This document shows, in pieces, positions 43,831-55,561 of a stretch of 64,000 nucleotides of DNA. The notes beneath the pieces were generated by a model. The model had not been told where the DNA came from. It saw nothing but the letters and a program-made list of their open reading frames with translations, and did no database searches. Positions within the stretch are counted from its first letter, which is position 1. Each line of letters begins with the position of its first letter. The DNA comes from Octopus vulgaris (Eukaryota), in the NCBI GenBank assembly GCA_951406725.2, contig OX597825.1:23870001-23934000 (forward strand). The letters are read 5' to 3'. The translations under genes were made by a program, and so were the position numbers.

Positions 43831-44282
43831 TATATGTTTACATGTATATACATACATAATGCATTCCTAAACACACAAATACGCACACGCATATAATGTC
43901 CACTTCTAAATATTCTTAAAGGAGTACGAATAGACATATATAAGTATACAAACACACACAGACAATCACACATACACACACACACACACACGCACACACA
44001 AACAGGTAGGAAGATGGAATGAATAGGCTTTAATCTAACTACAATTTTGTTTGTATTAATATCAGCTGGTTATTGCTGAATGTTTCACATATGATAATAC
44101 ATTACTTCATTAATATGATTCAAAAATAGCTCTGTACTTTCACGTCCCTAGGTGAGTGAGTTTGAGCGCAAGAATTGTTTTGTATGAATTCTGAAGACAT
44201 TAACAGATTACCACATGTATATACAGTAAAATGAGAATTCCTGCTGTATGATGGCACATGCTAGCTGATACATGTGGAGGAG

Positions 44283-44665
44283 TGGAGGCGCAATGGCCCA
44301 GTGGTTAGGGCAGCGGACTCGCGGTCATAGGATCGCGGTTTCGATTCCCAGACCGGGCGTTGTGAGTGTTTATTGAGCGAAAACATCTAAAGCTCCACGA
44401 GGCTCCGGCAGGGGATGGTGGTGATCCCTGCTGTACTCTTTCACCACAACTTTCTCTCACTCTTACTTCCTGTTTCTGTTGTACCTGTATTTCAAGGGGC
44501 CGGCCTTGTCACTCTCTGTGTCACGCTGAATATCCCCGAGAACTACGTTAAGGGTGCACGTGTCTGTGGAGTGCTCAGCCACTTACACGTTAATTTCACG
44601 AGCAGGCTGTTCCGTTGATTCGGATCAACCGGAACCCTCGTCGTCGTAACCGACGGAGTGCTTCC
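44283..44665 (+). mobile_element. SINE family C, full-length with TSD
   Basis: tRNA-like head; acatgtggaggag (44270-44282) and acatatggaggag (44666-44678) form a TSD with one mismatch. Confidence 0.9.
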
Positions 44666-44744
44666 ACATATGGAGGAGCTTTGTAAAGCACACTATAAGG
44701 TTATTACCCTGATGATTTTGCATGTAAGTATGGGTTTTCAGTTT

Positions 44745-45005
44745 TCAATAACTATGAATCTTCCACAATCTTCCACTGAGGAGGGATCCAGTTTCCAACA
44801 AAGATACAAAGCTTCATCTTTGGGATGTAGGTAACACAGACAAATTCAGATTTGGAACTTGATAAAAGTCTTGCATATATTTACTGTTCCAATCACAGAT
44901 GGCATTTGTAATGTACGAATTAGCTGGTCGATTTCTCTTTCTGAAAACCCCAGATTATTCAGATTCTCCTTTAAGCATTTACTAACAAAACCTTGTGCTC
45001 CAATT
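44745..45005 (-). mobile_element. RLE-type LINE 3' fragment, same family as 12299-12797
   Basis: Nucleotide homology including the 3'UTR; 5' junction abuts (TATG)n. Confidence 0.8.
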
Positions 45006-45569
45006 ATGTATGTGTGTATGTATGTATGTATGTATATATATGTATGTATGTATGTATTTATGTATGTCTATGTATGTTTATGTATGTCCGTATATGCATA
45101 TGAATATATATATGTGTGTATGTATATGTATATATATATATATGGATATATATTGTTGTGTGTTTGTATGTGTGTGTTCTTATTGTTCTAGCTGAATTAT
45201 TAACATATTTAATTTACAATATCGTATTTAATTTGCAATAACATTTAATTTGCAACGTGTAAGCAAGCTTTTATTAACAGACTTATAATGTATCCACACA
45301 TTTCATTATATAATATATTCATTGCAAACGGCGTCGATAAACATTCAAATCGAACCTCATATGAATAAATACTTTTAATATGTGTTATTTATTGCAAAAT
45401 ACACCAATTAATGAATACAAATATAAGAAATTAAACAAGGGAATTATATCTGAAAATAACTAAAGGCTCACATTTCTAAATATCGAACAGCAATATTGCT
45501 GTTGATCTTCTCGGAATTTTTAATATAAAAATGTGCTTCTGTGCCAAAGAGTCCCTTAATATATTAAAA

Positions 45570-45810
45570 CTGAGGTCGACTTAGGCTTCCATCGTTTCGG
45601 GGTCGATAAATTAAATATCATTTGCGTACAGGATTCGATCTAATCGGCTGGCCTCCTTTCGGGCCTTGTACCTTGAATAGAAAAGAATATATCAAAACTG
45701 AAATAAGGGGGCTAGTTGATAGCATCATTAGCACACTGGCATTTTGTCAGTCTTTACGATCTGAGTTCAAATTATGCCGAGATCGAGTTTGTCTTTCATC
45801 CTTTGGACTT
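45570..45810 (+). mobile_element. Two degenerate SINE family A fragments
   Basis: gaggtcgactt...tttcggggtcgataaatta and ctgagttcaaattatgccgag...tttcatcc. Confidence 0.65.
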
Positions 45811-45819
45811 CAATAGAAT

Positions 45820-46030
45820 AAGTAGCTTTTGAGAACTTATTTTTACAGTTCCAGTGATGGATTGGATCTGTAATCTTCGAATTAGCTTTCTCCTTTCTGA
45901 TTGGTATTTAGGAAGTGTGTTACATATCCCAAAGGCCGCAATAATTACAGGTATAAACCTGAACTTGTACTCTGGATAGTGCAACTGCAGATGGCTCAAT
46001 AACTCAGCATAGGTGTTCTCTTTTTCACCT
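45820..46030 (-). mobile_element. RLE-type LINE 3' fragment (sister subfamily)
   Basis: ENTYAELLSHLQLHYPEYKFRFIPVIIAA...QSITGTVKI; 5' junction abuts (TATG)n. Confidence 0.78.
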
Positions 46031-47094
46031 ATGTATGTATGTATGTATGTATGTATGTATGTATGTATGTATGTATGTATGTATGCATGTATGTACGAAT
46101 GTATGTATGTATGTGTATGTATATCTGTATATGCATACGAATGTATATATATATGTGTGTATGTATATGTATACATACACCTCCGCCGAAATCGCTGGCC
46201 TTGTCCCAAAATTTGAAATCAATACATTAAACCGAAATAGGGCGGCGACTTCAATCCTTTCACCATCGTCCAGAGAACATGACAAGAAAAGAAACTATAA
46301 CTCTGAGACTAAGATTATCAAGGAGTTGTCTGAGTAACTCATACGGAACATGTAGAAGAAATAGAACAGATAAATTCTGTGTATTTTTTTATTGAAATCT
46401 TCCACTGTCCGCTACTTGTCACGACAGTGATCATTCATTTTTTTCTTGTCATTTTTTGTCCTTTATTATCATGATTGTTGACATACGGCAAAATATTTGC
46501 TAGCGAGGGCTACAGCTGCCTGCATTCTCCATAGTGTCTGACCGATATTGATTATATTTCATTCACGAAGATACATAGATGAGAACAGTTAGTCCATGTG
46601 AACAATGCAAGTATTCGTACTAAGAACATACTAAGAACATGCAAGATCTAGTTTATAATGCTACCGTCCGTCCAGCATAACTCAATTCCGACTTTATAAT
46701 TAAGGAGCTCGTAGTTTATCCCCCGGAGCTAACATTTCAATTTGCAGTTTTTTTTATTGATACTTCATCAGAATAGCTGACGTGGTGCCAATAGAAAATT
46801 AATGACGTTCCTATTTAAACTATCGCCTTTATTTAACTGTCAGGCAATCTAGAGCTGAAGGCTGGAGCGAGAATATAAGAAATCAACTGAAAACCTTTTG
46901 CTCTGCTCAACAGTAAATCAAGCTTGCTTTTCCTTGTACAACATGACATTCTCAGCCAACAGCTATACGTTCTTACATGGATACATACATTCATGCATAG
47001 ATTTACTTACATTCATACACACATACATAAATACATACATACATGCAAACATACATAGATACATGCATACATGTACCATACGAGTACATAGAAT

Positions 47095-47805
47095 GTGCTA
47101 GTGAAGACTTCAATATAATGTAAGCACAACAGACCTGATGTGGAAATTAGCGGCACAGCGGATGATAACATAGAGCAGAAGATCCGTAAAAAACAGAACA
47201 CCTATGCTGAACTATTGAGACATCTGTAGTTACTCTATCCAGAGTACAAGTTCAGGTTTATACCTGTATTTATTGCGGCCTTGGGATATGTAGCATACTG
47301 CCTAAATACCAATCTTGAGAAATTAGGTTTCTCAAAACCAGAAGGAAGAAAACTAATTCGAAGACTACAGTTCCAATCCATCACTGGAACTGTAAAAATC
47401 TGTAAAACTTGCCAAAAGTTTATCATTTAAAAATATATATTTATGTCTAGATATGCAACTATGATAGGCATGAGAATACATACATAAAACATACAAATCT
47501 GCACATACATACATACATACATACATACATACATACATACATACATACATACATACATACATACATACATACATACATACATACATACATACATACATAC
47601 ATACATACATACATGCATACATGCATACATACATACATACATACATACATACATACATACATACATACATACATACATACATACATACATACATACATAC
47701 AAAAATACCCTATTGTTGATGTTGCAATTCCAATGAAGGAACCTTGGATCTAGCATAGAAGCCGGTTCTTTCTCTATTGGGTAGAAATCTTGAAATAAAT
47801 TGAAT
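47095..47805 (+). mobile_element. RLE-type LINE 3' fragment with (CATA)n inside the 3'UTR
   Basis: CKHNRPDV...YPEYKFRFIPVFIAALGYV...GTVKICKT; homologous to 45820-46030. Confidence 0.8.
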
Positions 47806-48129
47806 ACTACACAATACTACACAAACACACACACACACACACACAAGAGATACTCACATATATCTAGGCACAACAGAGGAATCTCAGAGTCACTGTCATA
47901 GGAACATGGTATTCATGGATCACACAAACAAAGATCTCAGAGTTTGAGGAATGACTATCAACATTTTTTATTAAAAGAGTAAGTCCAACAAAAGACGCTT
48001 TGTTTTGTCTAAGGATATGTTAGGGATTATTTAATGAGACAAAGGGGTGGGGCTCCATTGCCAAAATTGTAAATAATGGCCACAGCTTGGATTTGTGGCA
48101 ATGGGGTAAAGGAGAGGTGCATTGGATAA

Positions 48130-48329
48130 TGGTTTCAAATTTTAGCACAAACCCAGCAACTTCGGGAGAGGGAACAAATCGATGATATTGACACTAGTGC
48201 TCAACTGGTACTTGTTTACTCGACCCCACAACGATGAAGGGTAAAATCGACCTCGGCGAAATTTTAACTCAATACGTAAACATGGACAGAATGTGACTGA
48301 GCATTTTTTCCCGGCCTGCTAACCTTTCT
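48130..48329 (-). mobile_element. Older SINE family A copy whose head is interrupted by the pentamer
   Basis: Degenerate core; stops at gctaacctttct inside the head. Confidence 0.7.
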
Positions 48330-49297
48330 TATTTATTTACTGCCCGCAAGGGGCTACACAGAGAAGGGATAAACAAGGACAGACAAACGGATTAAGTCGA
48401 TTATATCGATCCCAGTGCGTAACTGGTACTTATGTAATCGAACCCCGAAAGGATGAAAGGCAAAGTCGACCTCGGCGGAATTTGAACTCAGAACGTAGCG
48501 GCAGACGAGATTCCTATTTCTTTACTACCCACAAGGGGCTAACCACAGAGGAGACAAACAAGGACAGACAGACGGATTAAGTCGATTACATCGACCCTAG
48601 TGCATAACTGGTACTTTTTTAATCGACCCCGAAAGGATGAAAGGCAAAGTCGACCTCGGCGGAATTTGAACTCAGAACGTAGCGGCAGACGAGATTCCTA
48701 TTTCTTTACTACCCACAAGGGGCTAACCACAGAGGAGACAAACAAGGACAGACAGACGGATTAAGTCGATTACATCGACCCTAGTGCATAACTGGTACTT
48801 TTTTAATCGACCCCGAAAGGATGAAAGGCAAAGTCGACCTCGGCGGAATTTGAAATCAGAACGTAGCGACAGACGAGATACCTATTTCTTTACTACCCAC
48901 AAGGGGCTAAACACAGAGGAGACAAACAAGGACAGACAGACGGATTAAGTCGATTACATCGACCCTAGTGCATAACTGGTACTTATTTAATCGACCCCGA
49001 AAGGATGAAAGGCAAAGTCGACCTCTGCGGAATTTGAACTCAGAACGTAGCGGCAGACGAAATACCTATTTCTTTATTGCCCACAATGGGCTAAACACAG
49101 AGGAGATAAATAAGGACAGACAGACGGATTAAGTCGATTACATCGACCCTAGTGCATAACTGGTACTTATTTAATCGACCCCGAAAGGATGATAGGCAAA
49201 GTCGACCTCGGCGGAATTTGAACTCAGAATGTAGCGGCAGACGAGATACTACTAAGCATTTCACCCGGCGTGCTAACGTTTCTGCCAGCTCGTTGCC
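48330..49297 (-). mobile_element. SINE family A head-to-tail pentamer (184-bp period)
   Basis: ctatttcttt junctions at 48514, 48698, 48882 and 49066; single head at about 49250-49297. Confidence 0.93.
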
Positions 49298-49577
49298 TTA
49301 AAGGTGCATGAAATATTGGCGTAGAACAGCGGTGATCTTGATGATGTTGTTCTTGATGGTGACCATGATGGAAAAAATGGCGGAGGTGACTAGTATGAAG
49401 ATGAAGACAGAAGCGATGGGGTTGAGAAGGTTGGTGAATAGTGATGGCCACGGTGTTGGTGATGGAGGTTAGAATGATAATCTACACGATAATGATGAAG
49501 ATGATAAAGCGGCTGGACATGCTGTTTATGACCATACGGATACGGGGATGTTGACGAAGCTGCTAGTGAAAGAGGGG

Positions 49578-49685
49578 AGTGATGATGATGATGATGATGA
49601 TGATGTTGAAGAAGAGGCTGAGGATGTGGAGGAGGTGGTGGAGGAGAAGAAACATTTGGATGATGATGATGATGATGATGATGAA

Positions 49686-49728
<43 letters not shown>

Positions 49729-49944
49729 TTGAAGAAGAGGCTGAGGATGTGGAGGAGGTGGTGGAGGAGAAGAAACATTTGGATGATGATGATGATGATG
49801 AAGATGATGAAGATGATGATGACGATGATGAAGATGATGATGATGATGATGAAGATGATGATGATGATGATGAAGATGATGATGATGATGATGATGATGA
49901 TGAAGATGATGATGATGATGAAGATGATGATGATGATGATGTTG

Positions 49945-49976
<32 letters not shown>

Positions 49977-50095
49977 GATGATGATGAAGATGATGATGAT
50001 GATGATGAAGATGATGATGATGATGAAGATGATGATGATGATGAAGATGATGATGATGATGTTAATGATCGTGATGATTGCAACGATGATGATGA
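49578..50095. repeat. (GAT)n microsatellite with internal 123-bp duplication
   Basis: gttgaagaagaggctgagg...aaacatttg occurs at about 49605 and 49728. Confidence 0.92.
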
Positions 50096-50322
50096 CGGCA
50101 ACCATGACGGAGATGATGGCGATGGAAACACATGATGACAGTAGTGGTGGTGGTGGTGGTGGTGATGGTGATGGTAGTGGTGGCGGCACTGTGCTGGTCT
50201 CTGGTCAAACGATAGATATGTAAATAAGGGTCATTAGGTTAATCACTACAGGGTAACTCGAAGCAGACGAGCTCACAGTTTCACACATATTTACATAAAT
50301 ACATGCAAAGACTTCCACGCAC

Positions 50323-50357
<35 letters not shown>

Positions 50358-50503
50358 CATACACACACACATACACACACACACACACATTCACACGCAC
50401 ATGCACGCACACACACACACACACGTACATTCACTAATCTTCAAATGTAGTTAAGAAAAATCGATTATATATATATAAACATTATCTACATATATATTTC
50501 GAT

Positions 50504-50535
<32 letters not shown>

Positions 50536-51679
50536 AACATTATATATGTGCATATATATATACACATAAAAACACATCAACCCCCTAACACTAATGGTGG
50601 TGGTGGTGGTGGGGTTGATGGTGGTGGTGATGGTGACGACGATGGTGCGGTGGTAACATACCACACTGTTTTATAAGTAGAATCACACTCGTTGGTAGGC
50701 TGTGATTGAGCAACTTACACACACACATACACAACTACACACACGCGAACACACACTCATACACAAATACATGCACACACCCACACATATATAATATTCT
50801 GATCGATTCTTCCATGTATAAACAAGTACTTCCTTGCAACAGTGTAAACCTTCATTCAACCATGATACCCTCGGCCTTAAGAGTAGCCTGCGGTAAACAC
50901 CCGCTTGGATATTTACCACTTCCGAGGTTCCTCTCGCTATGAATCACGTGTAGCTCGGATCTTGTCTACTCTATTCCTTAACTCTTATATATGAAAATAT
51001 ATATACATGTCTGTGTGAGAGTGTGTGTGAATCCTTATATAGATATATATATACATGATTGAACGCTACGCATCCTCTTCCAAGTAAGTTTTATCTTAAT
51101 AATTCTGTTGCACTCTCTATACGACCTTTTAACTCTTTCGTTTTTTTCTCCTCCTGTCTCTTATTCTTTTACCTCCTGTTCTCACACTATTCTATCCTAT
51201 TACTCTGTCACTCTCTCTCCCTTTGTCCTCCTCCCTTGCTCATGTGGCTGCCACGTGACCACCGGCCATCTTTCTTTCTTCTAATTTGAGTTTCTTTCTT
51301 TCTCCCCGTTGCAGCTGAAACAAGGAAGTTGCGTTCTTGTCTGTCTCTTGTCCAAGCTTGATTTACGCATTCGCCACCACAATCCCAATTAGGCTTAGCT
51401 GCCTTTCCTGTTTGTTTTCACTATCCTGTTTGTGTTATCAATTTTGACTCTTCGCAAAATCCCAAATCTTATTCAATTTGCTTTACGGGAACAACTGTTT
51501 TATCGAAAGCGTATATTGTTGTCAAGCAGCCAACAACTGATGAAGGGTCATTTTTTATGTTGTTGTCTTGTTTTCCATTTCTGTCTTTCGTTGTTCGAAA
51601 AAATAGTTCATTTTACATGTACTCGTACTTCGTATTTTTTGTTGTACACGTTTCATGACGTCCTGTGCCCACACATGCA

Positions 51680-51723
<44 letters not shown>

Positions 51724-52084
51724 TACATACATATTTCTCTCTCTATATATATATTTATACATGTATATAGTTGTGGGTGTAAGAATTTTTGTGGCTTGGA
51801 TATGAGAAGATGGTATATCACCCACTGATTCTATCGACTGAAATTCCGTTTACAAGGATTCGATGGGCCTGAGACAACGCTTGAGAATAGTTGCCCAAAA
51901 TGGCACACATGTGACACACGCATGTGCACAGGTAATCGGAATAGAGTCCGAACATATGTGAACATTTGTATGTGAGAATGTGTGAAAAATAGAGAAAGAA
52001 GGAGAGAGAGAGAAAGTGAGACAGAAAGAGAGTGAGAAAGAGTGAGATAGAAAAAGGGAGAGAGGGGGAGACAAAGAAAAGGAG

Positions 52085-52240
<156 letters not shown>

Positions 52241-52823
52241 TCTACGGAGGAAGAGAGAGAGAGAGAGAAAGTGACAGTGAACAATATAAAATGAGGAACA
52301 GAAAAATGTGTGCATATATGTCGCGTAAAATGCATGTATGTGTGTATATATATATATATGTGTGTCTGTCGGATTGTGTTTGTGCTTACATGTGTGGGCA
52401 TATGCGTACGTGCGTGCGTGCGTTGTATACTCCACATGTCCCATAAGACAAGCAGCGTTCAGTGGCGCCACGCTGGTGAGACACCTGGCTTGTGTCTATA
52501 AACAAATGTTGCACAGAGTATACAATTAGAACAAACGAAAGGAAAGGTGAGAACAGGAAAAAAAGACATGGAGGATAATGCGAGGGAACGAGTGTGGGGG
52601 AGGGAGCGCGCATGCACATATATGTGTGTGTGTGTCTGCACATATACATGCACACTCATACATGTATATATATATATGTGTGTGTGTCTGTGTGTGTGTA
52701 TGTATGTATACATATATATGTATATATATATATATACTTTTGTGTGTGTGTCTTTATATATATGTGTGTGTGTCTCGATATATATACGTCTGTATATATG
52801 TATATACACACATATACGTATAC

Positions 52824-52883
<60 letters not shown>

Positions 52884-54264
52884 ATATATATGTATATATA
52901 TATATATATTATATATATTATATATATATGTATATATATATATATATTCATACATACATACATACATACATGCATGCATACATGCATACACACATGTATA
53001 TACGTGTACACATGCTTCGCCTATATACATGTTAGCACAAGTGTGTATGTATATGTATTTGTACGTGTAAGAGCTAAAGAACGAAGAGATAGGAGACGAC
53101 AATGAAGGTCTATCTGTGTGTGTATGCGCGTGTTTAGGTGCGTGTGCAGTCGTGTGTCACTATGTGTGTTAAAGTGCGTAGATTGACATTGTGTAACGGC
53201 TTGAATGTTTGGGATTAAGATTAATGTATGGAATCTATCTATATATATATATATATATAGAAATAGTAGTTTGATCGTAGGTGATCTATTTCTAGCATAT
53301 GGCTGTCAACATAGTGGTTTTTAGCCCTTAAAATATACACATGTATTAAAATTTTCTCTGATTTTTCAGATTTTTGTATGCTAGGCTACTGGTTTTATAT
53401 TGATATTAATTAAATTAATATTCAATTATAATATTCATGATTTAAATTGTATATATATATATATATATATATAAATATATATATATATACATTATATATA
53501 ATTTGTGATGTTTGTGTGTGTTGTTTGTCTATGTGATGTGTGGTGTGGTGATGGGGTGGTGGTGTGGTGGTGGTGTGTGTGTGTAATTGTATGTTGTATG
53601 TACTGCTTTTTAGACTCATATTAATGTTTATAAAATAAAGCTATCATCGCTTTGTTTCAGCTAAGGTCATCTTGTTTTGTTATCCAGATAACATCAGCGA
53701 ACGTGTAACTTTCGTAACATTGCGGAATTTTATTTGAAAGTGACTTGGCTGCTATTTCTTACAGCAGAGTCAGTGGTGATATTTAATCGCATTCATTTTC
53801 AGCTACTTCTTTGTTAGTTATACAGAAATTAGAGGCAGGTTAGTGTTACTGTTCCCGGTCTTTCTTGGCCTGAAATCAAGAAGGTAGCCCAAGATCACGT
53901 GCATTGGCATGAAATCAAGGAGGTAGCCCGAGATCAGATCCATTGGAATGGAATTGTTGCTTCCTTATTCTGTTTACACAGTAATGGGGTCTAACTAAAT
54001 TACTACTGATACTGCTTGTGAAAACACTTTGAATAACAGTCAGGCGCAGAAACGGCTGTTAAGAAGCTCGCTTTGCAGGCCCACAGTTCCACATTAAATA
54101 CCACTATGCAGCATTTTGTGCGAGTCTTTTGCAATAGTCCCGAGCCTCTCAATGCCTTGAGGATGAATTCGGTTGAGGGAAACTGTGTGGAAGTCAATCA
54201 TATATATACGTATGTACACGTGAGCCTTCGTGTGTGTCATTCTTACGTCTGCTATTGTGATATC

Positions 54265-55533
54265 TTCTCATACTTGTTCAGGTAAGCTTTGGTAGGATCC
54301 TTCTGTGTGTCTAATCCAGTGTATATTTTTATAGTAAGTCTTTTCATCACACCAGATGTTTTTCCAGAAGTTTTCAACTTCTTCCATAGCAGTCGGGGTG
54401 GTGGGGAGGTCTTCAACGGTTATTTTCTTCTTCCCTAATTCTCTGTAGAATGTTTTCGTATTGGATGCGAACTTCTTATTTTGCTTATAAAATTTGTTTC
54501 TTTTCTCAAATCTTCGTATTCTTTGAGCTTTTGCTTGGATTGTTTGCTGCAGTGTTTCTTTTGCTGAAAGCAGTTCTCTTGGCGAGAATATATGTTTTCT
54601 TTTCTTCTTTCTTCCTTTCTTGACTTTACATCCATTCCACAGATTAGTTCGTTCAATATTGATATTTCACCTCTCATTATTTAAATCTCTTTTTCGGTTT
54701 TACTTTTCCAGCTTGGAATCCCCAGGTTTGTATTTCTTTGTTCTTTCAGAGGCATACAACTGGTTTCAATTGTCTTAGCAGCTGCGTAAATAATTTCATA
54801 TAATTCAGTGAAATCCGGTTTTAGTTCTTGTATAATTTCCTTTGTTACAGAGTTTCCAATTTTAATTTGTTTTCTATTTTCGATTGTATTTGAGAGATTA
54901 TGAAGTGGTTCTCTATCATGCATATTGGCATGTCTTACAAATGCAAGCTTATTCAGGATTCTCTACTTCAGTTCTATCATAGGTTATGTACTTCAGTAAA
55001 TGTGTAGTCTTCATATATTGTTTCTTTACCACAGTTCTCGTTGTCTTTATCAGTTTCATTACAATTTATTTCTCCAGATGTTTGCATGTTCTGGTCAGAT
55101 GGCAATCTTTCGATTGGCACTCGTGGAGTTTTGCGCTATTTGTCTCGTTCTTCATTTCCTTTCTGTCTTATATTTAGGTCATTTTACGCTGCGTGCTTCA
55201 TCGCAGTTATTTCACTATCTGTGTGTTTTTTTTAATTCTGAAGATATCCCTCCTAACATTTGGTAACTTGTTTTCGTCCACTTATCGCCTGCTATCTTGA
55301 TTTCGTGTTCTCCACATTTGATAAGAGTCTGTGATGTGTTTCTCTTCAGATGGCCTGCCTAATGCGTAGTAATAGGTGTTTATTACTTTTGTACACTCTT
55401 CTCGGGTTCATTTGACCTCTTTCATTTTACTTTCTGCGGTGAGTATGGTGGTGGACTTGGAGAGCTCGAGTTGGGGCAGTTCCAATTCAAGGGATCATCC
55501 AGGTACGTATTCAGAAAAGATTTTGTGCCAGTG
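54265..55533 (-). mobile_element. R4/Dong-like LINE N-terminal remnant (older copy)
   Basis: Frameshifted translation YYYALGRP...IIYAAAK...PSWK...EEVENFWK, homologous to the pre-RT segment of the adjacent element; begins right after (TAA)n. Confidence 0.6.
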
Positions 55534-55561
55534 GATTATTGTTATTATTATTATTATTATT

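Noticed and set aside
48330-49297. CRISPR-like or hammerhead-retrozyme interpretation of the 184-bp arrays
   Set aside because: There are no unique spacers and the context is eukaryotic; I found no CUGANGA/GAAA core on either strand of the unit.
49548-50135. 195-aa Asp-rich ORF resembling an acidic biomineral or chaperone protein
   Set aside because: It is a (GAT)n microsatellite open in several frames on both strands, with near-uniform GAT codons, no signal peptide and no splice context.
51270-51400. Strong-looking 3' splice acceptor (polypyrimidine tract + gttgcag at 51314)
   Set aside because: No convincing ORF or donor follows, and downstream sequence belongs to a dispersed repeat.
53870-53946. 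Short tandem duplications (39 bp here; 16 bp near 25010)
   Set aside because: Two copies only; consistent with ordinary slippage.
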